Source: Longimicrobiales bacterium (GTDB lineage: Bacteria; Gemmatimonadota; Gemmatimonadetes; Longimicrobiales; Gaopeijiaceae). From it: a stretch of 64,000 nucleotides of DNA. The position numbers and the translations under genes are program-made. A model generated the notes under the pieces. It ran no database searches. It was not told the origin of the DNA and saw nothing but the letters and a program-made list of their open reading frames with translations. This document shows positions 17,359 to 32,395 of this stretch, one piece after another (position 1 is the stretch's first letter; each line of letters begins with the position of its first letter). The DNA is taken from positions 512,001 through 576,000 of the forward strand of contig OZ241892.1 of assembly GCA_965203485.1 (NCBI GenBank), read 5' to 3'.

Positions 17359-18681
17359 CTACGCCCCGCGGCTGATGCAGATGTCGCCGGTGGCCTGCAG
17401 CTCGGCGAGCGCTTCGTTCTCGTGCTCCTCGAACGGGATCGGGAAGTTCACGTCCGTGCCGTAGACGCCGCCCTTGAAGAAGGCGCCCGTGGGGAACACG
17501 TCCTCCGGCGAAAAGGAATGTTGCCGGATCATCCGGCGAAGGTCGCCGACCCGATGGCCGGTGGCGAACAGCCAGCGCGCCCGCTCCTCGAAGACGAGTC
17601 GCATCCGGCTCGTCGCCGCGCCCGGATCCGTCAGCGCGTTCAGCGAAGCCGTCCGCCGCAACGCGTTCAGCGTCTCCAGCCACGGTCCTGCCGGCCCTTG
17701 GGAGGACAGCTCGTGCTCGGCCTGGATCAGCCGTGCCTCGATGCCGCTGGCGAGTGCCACGTCCGACTCCCAGGAATCGTACTTGAGCTGATGAAACAGC
17801 GGCGTGTTCTCGTCGAATCCGTTCGTCCCCGCGTCCCGCCAGGACACGCGCGCATCCTCCTCCGAACGGAAGGGCACGCCGTTCCCGCCTTCGCCGTCCG
17901 AGATCGACCAACGCCGCTGGCTCACGTTGAGTTCGTAGATCGCGTTGCGCTGGCCGAACTCGCCGCCCTCCTTGCTCCGAATCATGTAGGTCCAGTCCGT
18001 CGGCACGTTCGCCGCCGCGGAGGCCGCGCCGACGAGGTCGCCCAGCGAGAGGCGCGCCCGGGCCAGCCCCAACGCCGCCAAGGCGCTCTGGTCGGCATTG
18101 CCCGCCGCGGCCGCGTCGGCGCTGCCGAAGCTCTCGGCCGCCGTCTGGAAGATCTGCTCCGTGGTCTGGCGGTCGCCGTACACGATGTCCCCTTCGTTCG
18201 GCGTCGCGCTGAACGGCACGCCCGAGCAGTAGTTCTCGCCGAAGAAGATGTTGGCGAAGCCGTTCAGGTTCCACATCTCCGCGATCCGGGCGTCGCCCGG
18301 CAGCAAGTCCGCCATCCGGTCGGCGGCGTTCTGCGTGGCCACGCGCGCCCGGTGCAACTGGCGGTACTGCCCCAGCAGCGTGCCGTTCCTGTCGTCCATC
18401 TCGCGCCGGTCCACTTGGTTGCGGGTCGGGAACGTGCCCGACAGATGGAACTCGTCGGACAGCATCCCCACATACACCACCTGCCCCCCCCCGCCGCTCG
18501 AGAACGCCGAGGCGAACTGGCCGATGGCTCCGGCCCAGTACAGCTCCGCCCCCTTCGCGCCCACGACGTCGCCGGGCGTCACGATGTCGGGGTCGACGAC
18601 CTCCAGCAGGTCGCTGCACGCGGACCCCGTGACGGCCAGCGCCGCCAACGCGACCCAAGCCTGCTTCTTGAAGCTCTTCAT
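17359..18681 (-). CDS. RagB/SusD family lipoprotein
   Basis: Lipoprotein signal ..TGSAC; ENYCSGVP, EARLIQAE, LNALR, EERARWLFATGHRVGDLRR, FPIPFEE; directly after SusC. Confidence 0.9.
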   Translation of the reverse strand: MKSFKKQAWVALAALAVTGSACSDLLEVVDPDIVTPGDVVGAKGAELYWAGAIGQFASAFSSGGGGQVVYVGMLSDEFHLSGTFPTRNQVDRREMDDRNGTLLGQYRQLHRARVATQNAADRMADLLPGDARIAEMWNLNGFANIFFGENYCSGVPFSATPNEGDIVYGDRQTTEQIFQTAAESFGSADAAAAGNADQSALAALGLARARLSLGDLVGAASAAANVPTDWTYMIRSKEGGEFGQRNAIYELNVSQRRWSISDGEGGNGVPFRSEEDARVSWRDAGTNGFDENTPLFHQLKYDSWESDVALASGIEARLIQAEHELSSQGPAGPWLETLNALRRTASLNALTDPGAATSRMRLVFEERARWLFATGHRVGDLRRMIRQHSFSPEDVFPTGAFFKGGVYGTDVNFPIPFEEHENEALAELQATGDICISRGA

Positions 18682-18692
18682 TGATCGGTCTC

Positions 18693-21600
18693 CTAGAATG
18701 TGAAGTTCACGCGCAGCGTGTAGTAGCGAACGGGCGGCTGCGTCAGGAACTCGGACACGCCGAAGTTGTCGCCGGAACCGTTCCAGTTGATCTCGGGATC
18801 CATGCCCGTGTAGTCGGTCCACACGCCCAGGTTGCGCCCGGTCAGCACCACCTGCGCGCGCGACGCGCCCATGCGGCCGGCGATCGACTGGGGGAGCGAG
18901 TAGCTCAGCGAGACCTCGCGGAGCTTCACGAAGTCGCCCTTCTCCATGTACCCCGCCACCGTCTGGCTTGGGTGCAGCACGGCCGCGACCGCCCGCGCTT
19001 GCTCGTCGAGCGGCGACGCCGGATCGATGAGACCCTGGCAAATCCGGAAACGGCAACGGAACCGTTCCGTGTTGTTGTAGGCGATGTAGTCGCCGCGATA
19101 GTCGAGCAACCCGTAGACGCGAAAGTCGCCGAACAGCGAGATGCTGGTCGAGAACGTCAGCTGGTTCTCGGGCTGGCCCGGCCCCAGGTACACGATCGTG
19201 TCGCCGACGACCAGCTCGTCCGGCGTGATGATCCCGTTGCCGTCGGCGTCGCTCCAGCTCTCGATCGGCCGGCTCCACTGGCTGCCCAGCGGGAAGCCGG
19301 GCACGAACCGCGTCTGCGACCCGATCGGCTCGGTCCCTTCGCCCAGCGACACCAGCTCGTTCTGGTTGATCGAACCGGCCAGCGTCACGTCCCACGCGAC
19401 GTTGTCGGTCTCCACGACGGTGCTGCTGACCGACAGCTCGAATCCCCTGTTGGACACGTCGCCGATGTTGATCCACCGGCTCGCGCTCGCGCCCAGCGAC
19501 GGCGCCAGCGGCACCGTGATCAGCGCCCCGCTGGTGGCCTTGTCGTAGTAGGTGAACTCGACGGCCGCCCGTCCGCCGAACATCTCGGCGTCGAAGCCGG
19601 CCTCGATCTCGCTCGACTCCTCCGGCTCCAGCGTGCTGTTGCCGATGTTGCCGATCGACACGCCCGATCCCGTCTGGTCGGCCGGCGTCGTGATGGCGCT
19701 CGCCGACAGCGTCCGAATCGCGTCGTCGGATCCGGGCTGCACGCCCGACTTGCCCCACGCGACGCGGAACCGCAGCTGGTCGAGGAACGCGAGGTCGGGG
19801 AAGAACGCCTCCTCCGAGGCGATCCACGAGACGCCCGCCTTGGGATAGTAGATCAGGTCGAAGTCCTGGCCGAACGCGCTGTTGTCGTCGGCCCGGATCG
19901 CGCCGGTCGCGAAGAGGCGGTCGTTGAGGCCGAACGTCTGCTCCACGAAGACGCCCGCCGTCTTGTCGAACGTGTGGAACTCGCCGGAGAACGTCTCGGC
20001 GGCCGCTCCGATCGAAGACGCGCCGTTGACGATGTCGATTCCCCAGGCGTTCGTGCCCTCGTACTGGTTCTCGAAGTACTGGACGCCGACCGAGGTCTGC
20101 GACGAGACCGCGGCCGTGAGGTCGAAGGACGCCTTGCCGCTGGCGTCCAGCGTGTACTGGTACTGGTTGATTCGGTCGGTGTCCTTGCGGCCCAGGTTGC
20201 GTTGGCCGGGCACGCCGATGTCGCGTCCGAAGAAGGAAATGTCCTTGCGGCTGTAGAAGTCCATACCGGCCGTCGCCCGGGCCGTGAGCCACTCGAACGG
20301 ATCCCAGCCCACCGTCCCGCTCGCCGTCAGCCGCTGGATGTCCTGGTACAACGTCCGCCCGAACAGCTGGGCGGGGGCCTGGAAGCCCCAAGGACGCTCC
20401 CGGGTCGAACTCCCCAAGAACGCGCTGGGAAGCAAGCCGAACGAGTTGTTGTCGTTGCCCATGTAGGCGAAGTGGCTGTCCAGGTAGCCCGTGCGCACCG
20501 AGAGCGTCACGTTGTCGGCGATCTGGCTGTTGAGGTTGACGCGCAGGTTGCGCCTCTTGAGCTGGTTCGGGCGTCGAACCTCGCTCGTGATGGGGATGCC
20601 CCGCTCCTCGAGATCGAGGCGGTCCGGTTCCGGCAGCTTGTACGGGCCGACCTCGGTCTCCATCTCGCCCGCCACGTAGTAGTTCATCCGTTCGTTCCCG
20701 CCGGACAGCGACAGGCCCAGCTGGCCTCGCCCGCCGCGGTCGATCGGCGAATACTCGGGATCGTGCAGCACCTGGAAGGTGTCCAGCCCTTTCTGAGTGC
20801 AGCGTCCGGCGACGACGTCGTTGAGCAGGCACCGGCGGGCGTAGGCCGTGCCCGCGTCTCCCAGGCCCGCGTAGTTGAGCGGATAGGTGTTGGGCTCTTG
20901 AATGAGTCCGCCCTCCGCCCAGACGTTCCAGCGCGTGTCGCCGGGCTGGCCGCGCTTCGTCGTGATGCGGATCACGCCGTTCGCGGCCTCCGTGCCGTAG
21001 AGCGTCGCCGCCGACGGCCCCTTGACGATCTCGATGTCCTCGATGTCTTCCAGGTTGAAGTCGTCGAGCCGGGAAGACTCTTGGCCGCCCGCGCCCAGCC
21101 CGCTGTTGCGCGAGTCCACGCGGATGCCGTCCACGTACACCAGCGGGTCGTTCGAGAGCGAAATGGAGCTGGCGCCGCGAATGCGGACGCGCGACCCCAC
21201 GCCCGAAGTTCCTGCCGAACTGAGCACTTGAACGCCTGCCGACCGTCCCTGGAGCAGGTCCGCCAAGTTGTTGGCGGGCAGTTCGGGGACCAAGTCGGCG
21301 GCGTCGATGCCGGCGACCGAGTTGGGCAGCTCCCGCTTCCGCTGCTCGCCCGTCGCCGTGACGACGATGCCGTCGAGCTGGAGCGTGGACACGGTCAGGT
21401 CGAAGTTGACTTGGGCCGTCCCGCCCGGGGCGACCGTGAACTCGTGCGCCACCGGGCCGTAGCCGACCGACACGGCGCGCAGCGAGTGTTGCCCGGGCGG
21501 GATGTTGGGCAGAAGGAACCGGCCTTCGGCGTTCGAGAGGGTCGAGTAGTTTGTTCCCTCGACGAAGACGGCCGCGCCCACGATGGGCTGGCCGGAGTCC

Positions 21601-21707
21601 CCGTCGCGAACGATGCCGGTCGCGGCGCCGCGGTCTTGCGCGGCCAGCCCCGCCGACAGGAGCGCCGCCGCCGTCGCGGCAACGCCGATCTGACGAAGTA
21701 GCGTCAT
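18693..21707 (-). CDS. SusC/RagA family TonB-dependent outer membrane receptor
   Basis: Signal peptide, carboxypeptidase-regulatory-like domain, VRIRGASS, IEIVKGPSAATLYGTEAANGVIRITTK, YTGMDPE, terminal F. Confidence 0.93.
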   Translation of the reverse strand: MTLLRQIGVAATAAALLSAGLAAQDRGAATGIVRDGDSGQPIVGAAVFVEGTNYSTLSNAEGRFLLPNIPPGQHSLRAVSVGYGPVAHEFTVAPGGTAQVNFDLTVSTLQLDGIVVTATGEQRKRELPNSVAGIDAADLVPELPANNLADLLQGRSAGVQVLSSAGTSGVGSRVRIRGASSISLSNDPLVYVDGIRVDSRNSGLGAGGQESSRLDDFNLEDIEDIEIVKGPSAATLYGTEAANGVIRITTKRGQPGDTRWNVWAEGGLIQEPNTYPLNYAGLGDAGTAYARRCLLNDVVAGRCTQKGLDTFQVLHDPEYSPIDRGGRGQLGLSLSGGNERMNYYVAGEMETEVGPYKLPEPDRLDLEERGIPITSEVRRPNQLKRRNLRVNLNSQIADNVTLSVRTGYLDSHFAYMGNDNNSFGLLPSAFLGSSTRERPWGFQAPAQLFGRTLYQDIQRLTASGTVGWDPFEWLTARATAGMDFYSRKDISFFGRDIGVPGQRNLGRKDTDRINQYQYTLDASGKASFDLTAAVSSQTSVGVQYFENQYEGTNAWGIDIVNGASSIGAAAETFSGEFHTFDKTAGVFVEQTFGLNDRLFATGAIRADDNSAFGQDFDLIYYPKAGVSWIASEEAFFPDLAFLDQLRFRVAWGKSGVQPGSDDAIRTLSASAITTPADQTGSGVSIGNIGNSTLEPEESSEIEAGFDAEMFGGRAAVEFTYYDKATSGALITVPLAPSLGASASRWINIGDVSNRGFELSVSSTVVETDNVAWDVTLAGSINQNELVSLGEGTEPIGSQTRFVPGFPLGSQWSRPIESWSDADGNGIITPDELVVGDTIVYLGPGQPENQLTFSTSISLFGDFRVYGLLDYRGDYIAYNNTERFRCRFRICQGLIDPASPLDEQARAVAAVLHPSQTVAGYMEKGDFVKLREVSLSYSLPQSIAGRMGASRAQVVLTGRNLGVWTDYTGMDPEINWNGSGDNFGVSEFLTQPPVRYYTLRVNFTF

Positions 21708-21965
21708 TTCGTCTCTCCAAGAAGAGTGTGCATGGATTGCGTCCGCCCAGGCCTGCGGCGTCGCTCCTCGGGGAGCGCGGCGGCCCATGCGCAGTCCGGC
21801 GGACAACATGACTGCAGACGCCGTCAAGCATAAGGCGCGCGGCGTTCCTTGGCCAGAGGGCAACGCCCGCTTCGGCGCCGCGGGCTCCGCGCTGGGGGCC
21901 AGCCGTGCCCGCGGACGCCGAAGCGGCGCCTCTGAGCCGCCGCCCCGGCCCGCGGGCCGCGCCCC

Positions 21966-23000
21966 TCACACGTTGAACCGGACGTGCACGACGTCTCCGT
22001 CCTCGACTACGTAGTCCTTCCCCTCCACGCGCATCTTGCCTGCCGCCTTGGCCGCCGCCTCGGATCCGTGCTCGGCCAACGCCTCCCAGGACGTGACCTC
22101 CGCCCGGATGAAGCCGCGCTCCAAGTCGCTGTGAATGCGCCCCGCCGCCCGCCTCGCCGTCGTTCCCCGGCGAATTGTCCACGCCCGCACTTCGTCCTCG
22201 CCCACGGTAAAGAACGCGATCAGGCCCATCAGGTCGTGCGCGGTGCGCACAAACCGGGCCAGCGCGGGCTCCTCCAGACCGATGTCATTGAGGAAGGCCC
22301 GCTGGTCCGCGCGGTCCAGCGTCGCGATTTCGGCCTCGGCGCGGGCCGAGAGCGCCATTGCGGCCCCGCCGGCGGCTTCGACGCGGGCCGCCAGCGTCTC
22401 GTCCAGCGGCTCCGACGCCCGGTGCTCGTCCTTGTTCACGGCCACCAGCAGCGGCAAGTCCGTGAGGAGTCCGTAGCCCTTCAGGAACCGCCGGTCGAGC
22501 TCGGTCTCGGGCACCAGCCGCAACGGCGACTCGCCGGCCAGCGCCGCCGTCATGATCTCGAAGGCGGCGATCTCGCGTTCGTCCGCCCGCTCCTTCCGAG
22601 CGCGGTCCAGCCGCCGCTCGGCGATGGCGAGGTCGGCCAGCACGCACTCCTCCAGGAACAAGGCCAGCGCGCGTTCCGCTCCGGCCTCCCCCGCGCCCCC
22701 GCCGCCCACGAAGTCGGCGAGCACCAAGCAGATGGCGTCCTGCTCCCTCATGCGCTGCAACGTGCGCGGCTCCAGCGCGCCGCCGCCGTGGTCGCCCGGC
22801 ACGTCGCAGAAGTTCACGGCCGCGCAGGTCGTCTTGCGCGGCGAGTACAGGCGGGACAAGAAGTCGACCCGGGGGTCGCTCACCGGCACGGCCGCCAGTC
22901 GCACCTCGCCTCCGTGCCCGGTCGGCGCCTCCAAGCCGGTGAGCGCGTTGAACAGCGTCGTCTTGCCCGATCCGGCGAAACCCGCCAATCCGAACTTCAT
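21966..23000 (-). CDS. ychF: YchF/Obg-like NTPase with C-terminal TGS-like (DUF933) domain
   Basis: GFAGSGKTTLFNALT, DVPG, FFTVGEDEVRAW, AAGRIHSDLERGFIRAEV, EGKDYVVEDGD. Confidence 0.85.
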   Translation of the reverse strand: MKFGLAGFAGSGKTTLFNALTGLEAPTGHGGEVRLAAVPVSDPRVDFLSRLYSPRKTTCAAVNFCDVPGDHGGGALEPRTLQRMREQDAICLVLADFVGGGGAGEAGAERALALFLEECVLADLAIAERRLDRARKERADEREIAAFEIMTAALAGESPLRLVPETELDRRFLKGYGLLTDLPLLVAVNKDEHRASEPLDETLAARVEAAGGAAMALSARAEAEIATLDRADQRAFLNDIGLEEPALARFVRTAHDLMGLIAFFTVGEDEVRAWTIRRGTTARRAAGRIHSDLERGFIRAEVTSWEALAEHGSEAAAKAAGKMRVEGKDYVVEDGDVVHVRFNV

Positions 23001-23232
23001 GGAGCCTTCCTTGCGGCAGTTGCCCGCCCGGCAAAGGGCCCTCGCGGGCGCGCATGACGATAACCAGCGAAACGCGGGTTCTCCCATTCTTGCCATTCCC
23101 GCGCGATGCCGCGTCCGGGCGCCGGGGGCCGGCACGGGCTCCGCCTGCCGCGGGCGGCCCCGGACCGGTCCCAAAAAGCCGGCGAGCGCTCCCGCGCGCG
23201 AACCGCCTCGTCTTTGGGCCCGGGCGCCCCCC

Positions 23233-23261
23233 TTGGCGTCGCGCGGTTCCTTGGTTAGCTT
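23233..23261 (+). promoter_or_regulatory. Putative promoter of the tRNA-tuf operon
   Basis: TTGGCG-N17-TAGCTT, ~50 nt before tRNA-Tyr. Confidence 0.4.
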
Positions 23262-23309
23262 CCCATGCTGGACTTCGACCGGGGGTGCGGTTCCGGCGGA
23301 GTCCGGACT

Positions 23310-23392
23310 GGTGGGGTACCGAAGCGGCCAACCGGGGCAGACTGTAAATCTGCTGGCTCACGCCTACGTAGGTTCGAATCCTACCCCCACCA
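23310..23392 (+). tRNA. tRNA-Tyr(GTA)
   Basis: GGTGGGG acceptor, GCAGA-CT-GTA-AA-TCTGC anticodon arm, long variable arm, GGTTCGAATCC. Confidence 0.97.
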
Positions 23393-23436
23393 TGGGCGGA
23401 AAGGACGGGTTCCGGGCTCGCGAGCCCGTTCGCGTC

Positions 23437-23510
23437 GCGGGAGTAGCTCAGTTGGCTAGAGCGTCAGCCTTCCAAGCTGAGGGTCGCCGGTTCGAGTCCG
23501 GTCTCCCGCT
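23437..23510 (+). tRNA. tRNA-Gly(TCC)
   Basis: GCGGGAG acceptor, TCAGC-CT-TCC-AA-GCTGA, GGTTCGAGTCC. Confidence 0.97.
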
Positions 23511-23577
23511 CTGGCGTGGTTGCTTGCCGGGCTCGCCGAAGGGTCCGGCGTGGCGGCCTGCCCGCAAGGATTGGGGC

Positions 23578-23649
23578 GCTCTGGTAGCTCAGTGGTAGAG
23601 CGCTTCCTTGGTAAGGAAGAGGTCGCGGGTTCGATCCCCGCCCAGAGCT
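23578..23649 (+). tRNA. tRNA-Thr(GGT)
   Basis: GCTCTGG acceptor, CTTCC-TT-GGT-AA-GGAAG, GGTTCGATCCC. Confidence 0.97.
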
Positions 23650-23784
23650 TGGCGGAAACGCGCGGCGAGGCCGAACGGCTCGACGCCCAGCCGCGAAGCG
23701 CAGGCGCGCCCCGCCGAGGGGCCGCCGAAGAAACCAAGGCCCGCAGGGGCCGCCGAGAAATCAAGCGCCGAGAGGCGCCGCACC

Positions 23785-24993
<1,209 letters not shown>

Positions 24994-25033
24994 GCCGGAC
25001 CGGGCCGCTCCCGCTCAGCGAACGACGTCCGCC

Positions 25034-25237
25034 ATGTCCCGCTTGTCCGGCGCCAAGCTCTTCGTGGAAGAGTGCGTGTCCGAGATGGAGAAGGTCACGT
25101 GGCCCGACCGCGCCCAGCTTCGCAACGCCACGTGGGTGGTCATCGCGTTCACGATCCTCATCTCCATCGTCATCTGGTTCATGGACCTGGTTTCGCGCCT
25201 GGTCTTGGTCGACTTCGTCATGGGACTGTTCCGATGA
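25034..25237 (+). CDS. secE: Preprotein translocase subunit SecE
   Basis: EMEKVTWP motif plus one TM helix; precedes nusG. Confidence 0.93.
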   Translation: MSRLSGAKLFVEECVSEMEKVTWPDRAQLRNATWVVIAFTILISIVIWFMDLVSRLVLVDFVMGLFR

Positions 25238-25800
25238 GCGCGGCGCCGATCCGCGCGTCCCAAGCGGACGCCGTGGGCTCTTGGTACGCGGTGCAGACCC
25301 AAGCCCGGCACGAGAACCGCGTCTGCCAGCTCATCCAGCAGGAGATCGACAAGGACGCCGCGCCCGACCGCGAGATCCGCGAAGTCATGGTGCCGACCCA
25401 CGAAGTGGTCGAGATCCGCAAGGGCAAGCGCGTGCCGGTCGTCCGGCCCCTCTATCCCGGCTACCTGCTGGTGCGGATGGTCCTCAACGACCGGACGGAG
25501 CACCGGCTCTCCGCCCTCAAGGGCGTGCGCCTGGTGCGCCAAGGCCAGGCCGTGCACCCGCTGCGCGAAGAGGAAGTCAACAAGATCATGGGCATCGAGA
25601 CGGAAGAGGAGGCGCCGGCCCGGGAGGAAATCCCGTTCCGCGTTGGCCAAGTCGTCGAGATCGTCCATGGGCCGTTCGCCGACTTCTCGGGATCGGTCCA
25701 GGAGGTGTACTCGGACAAGGGCAAGGTGAAGGTCGAGGTTTCCCTCTTCGGCCGTCCCACGTCCGTCGAGCTCGACTTCACCCAGCTCAAGGGCTTGTAG
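25234..25800 (+). CDS. nusG: Transcription termination/antitermination factor NusG
   Basis: [39 protein letters not shown]. Confidence 0.96.
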   Translation: MSAAPIRASQADAVGSWYAVQTQARHENRVCQLIQQEIDKDAAPDREIREVMVPTHEVVEIRKGKRVPVVRPLYPGYLLVRMVLNDRTEHRLSALKGVRLVRQGQAVHPLREEEVNKIMGIETEEEAPAREEIPFRVGQVVEIVHGPFADFSGSVQEVYSDKGKVKVEVSLFGRPTSVELDFTQLKGL

Positions 25801-25823
25801 AGGAGCCCCGGAGGCGCCGGCGC

Positions 25824-26270
25824 ATGGCCAAGACCAAGACCAAGAAGATCCTAGGCTTCGCCAAGTTGCAGATCCCGGCGGGCCAGGCCAATCCGGCCCC
25901 CCCGGTGGGTCCCGCGCTCGGCCAGCACGGCGTCAACATCATGGACTTCTGCAAGCAGTTCAACTCGCGGACGCAGAAGCAGGCCGGCACGCTGGTGCCC
26001 GTCGAGATCACGGTCTACGCCGACCGGACCTTCTCCTTCGTCACCAAGACGCCGCCCGCATCCTTCCTCATAACGAAGGCCGCGGGCGTGGACAAGGGAT
26101 CCGGCGAGCCGCACGCGCAGAAGGTGGGCACGCTCACCCCGCAGCAGGTGCGGGAGATCGCCGAAGCGAAGATGCCCGATCTCAACACGACCGATGTCCT
26201 CGCCGCCATGCGGATGATCAAGGGCACCGCCCGTTCGATGGGCATCGAAGTCGTCGGCGAGCTGGCCTGA
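25824..26270 (+). CDS. rplK: 50S ribosomal protein L11
   Basis: [31 protein letters not shown]. Confidence 0.98.
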   Translation: MAKTKTKKILGFAKLQIPAGQANPAPPVGPALGQHGVNIMDFCKQFNSRTQKQAGTLVPVEITVYADRTFSFVTKTPPASFLITKAAGVDKGSGEPHAQKVGTLTPQQVREIAEAKMPDLNTTDVLAAMRMIKGTARSMGIEVVGELA

Positions 26271-26292
26271 CCGGCGCCGAACGGAGATCGGA

Positions 26293-26988
26293 ATGGCAAG
26301 ACGCGGAAAGAAGATCGCCGGCGCGCGCGACGCCTTCGACCGGCAGTCCCGCTACGCCCCCGCCGAAGCGCTCGACAAGGTCAAGCAGCTGGCCTTCGCC
26401 GGCTTCGACGAGAGCGTCGACGTCGTCGCCCACTTGGGCGTGGACCCCCGCAAGGCCGACCAGATGGTGCGCGGCACCGTGGTCCTGCCGCACGGCACCG
26501 GCAGGACTGTGCGCGTGCTGGTCGTGTGCCAGGGCGAGAAGGAGGCCGAGGCCGAGGAGGCGGGCGCCGACTACGTGGGCGTCGAGCACGCGGACCGCAT
26601 CAAGGACGGCTGGCTCGACTTCGACGTGTGCATCGCAACGCCCGACCTCATGCAGAAGGTCGGGCCGCTGGGCCGCATCCTGGGCCCCCGCGGCCTCATG
26701 CCCACGCCCAAGGCCGGAACGGTCACCTTCGACGTGGCGCAGGCGGTCAAGGACGTGAAGGGCGGCAAGATCGAATACCGCGTGGACCGAACGGGGAACC
26801 TCCATGCGGCGATCGGCAAGGTGTCGTTCGCGCCCGCGGCGCTTCGGGAGAACCTCGACGCTTTCATGTCGTCCGTGCTGCGCGCCAAGCCCGCGGCTGC
26901 GAAGGGGGCCTACCTGAAGAGCGTGACGGTCTCGAGCACCATGGGGCCGGGCGTCGCGGTGGACCCCAACAGCTTCGCGAGGTCCTGA
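26293..26988 (+). CDS. rplA: 50S ribosomal protein L1
   Basis: LGVDPRKADQMVRGTVVLPHGTG, LGPRGLMP. Confidence 0.98.
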   Translation: MARRGKKIAGARDAFDRQSRYAPAEALDKVKQLAFAGFDESVDVVAHLGVDPRKADQMVRGTVVLPHGTGRTVRVLVVCQGEKEAEAEEAGADYVGVEHADRIKDGWLDFDVCIATPDLMQKVGPLGRILGPRGLMPTPKAGTVTFDVAQAVKDVKGGKIEYRVDRTGNLHAAIGKVSFAPAALRENLDAFMSSVLRAKPAAAKGAYLKSVTVSSTMGPGVAVDPNSFARS

Positions 26989-26991
26989 CCC

Positions 26992-27525
26992 GTGGACAGG
27001 CAACGAAAGGAAGCGTTCGTCGCCGGCTTTCGCGACAAGGCGGCCCGGTCGAGCGCCATGTACCTGACGGACTTCACCGGGCTCGACGTGAAGGCCATGA
27101 CGGACCTGCGCAACCGGCTCAAGGGCGCGGGCGCCGAGTACTTGGTCGTCAAGAACCGCTTGGTCAAGCGCGCGTTCGACGACGCGGGCATGACGGCCAT
27201 GGCCGGCGTGCTCACCGGGCCCACAGGCGTGATCTTCAGCTCCAACGGCGTGGTCGAAGCCGCCAAGACGGTGGCCGACTTCGCGAAGGAGCACGACGGC
27301 AAGCCGGTCATGAAGGCGGGCTGGCTGGAAGGGAAGGCGCTGCAGCCGGGCGACGTGGCGCGCCTCGCGGAGTTGCCGTCGCGCGACGGACTGCTGGCGA
27401 TCCTGGCCGGCGCCCTGGCCGGTCCGACGGCCGCGCTGGCGAGCGCGATGGAAGCCAAGGCGAGGGAAGCGGCGGGCCTCTTGGAGGCGTTGCGCGACCA
27501 GAGGAGCCAAGAAGGCGAAGGATGA
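26992..27525 (+). CDS. rplJ: 50S ribosomal protein L10
   Basis: [26 protein letters not shown]; synteny. Confidence 0.95.
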   Translation: MDRQRKEAFVAGFRDKAARSSAMYLTDFTGLDVKAMTDLRNRLKGAGAEYLVVKNRLVKRAFDDAGMTAMAGVLTGPTGVIFSSNGVVEAAKTVADFAKEHDGKPVMKAGWLEGKALQPGDVARLAELPSRDGLLAILAGALAGPTAALASAMEAKAREAAGLLEALRDQRSQEGEG

Positions 27526-27580
27526 CGAGAAGGCGAAGCACGACCAACCCAAGGGCGGAGGCCCAGGAGGAAGAAACACG

Positions 27581-27961
27581 ATGGCTGTGAACCAAGAGGA
27601 ACTGCTCGAGACCATCGGTGGCATGACCGTCCTCGAGCTCTCCGAGTTCGTCGAGGCGTTCAAGGACAAGTTCAACGTCACGGCGGTCGCGGCGCCGGTG
27701 GCGGCGATGCCCGGCGCGGGCGGTCCCGCCGAGGCGGCCGAGGAGGAAAAGGACGAGTTCGAGGTCGTCCTCGAGAGCTTCGGCGACAAGAAGATTCAGG
27801 TCATCAAGGTCATCCGCGAGATCACGGGACTTGGCCTGAAGGAGGCCAAGAGCCTGGTCGACGGAGCGCCGAACCCGATCAAGGAAGCCGCGCCGAAGGA
27901 CGAGGCGGACGAGATCAAGTCCAAACTGGAGGCCGTCGGCGCCAGCGTAGCCGTCAAGTAG
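27581..27961 (+). CDS. rplL: 50S ribosomal protein L7/L12
   Basis: [20 protein letters not shown]. Confidence 0.98.
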   Translation: MAVNQEELLETIGGMTVLELSEFVEAFKDKFNVTAVAAPVAAMPGAGGPAEAAEEEKDEFEVVLESFGDKKIQVIKVIREITGLGLKEAKSLVDGAPNPIKEAAPKDEADEIKSKLEAVGASVAVK

Positions 27962-28125
27962 GTGGCTCGCCGTCGCCCTCTCCGCGGGACCCCGCTTCTC
28001 GGCGCGCCACGGCCGGTCGCGCCGCCTTCGCCCGTCGCTCTCGGTCGGCGAGCCGCGTTCGCTTGCGCGACGGCATCGCTTCGCGCAGGCGATTCGCGGC
28101 GCCCGGCCCCGCGCGCTTGTTCTCA

Positions 28126-32358
<4,233 letters not shown>

Positions 32359-32395
32359 CGCGCGAACGAGACCACAACGCGATTGGAGGCCAAGG

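Noticed and set aside
17359..22182. 1607-aa ORF as one giant protein
   Set aside because: Only the last 440 aa (SusD, from 18681) look real; the rest is an alternative frame of susC.
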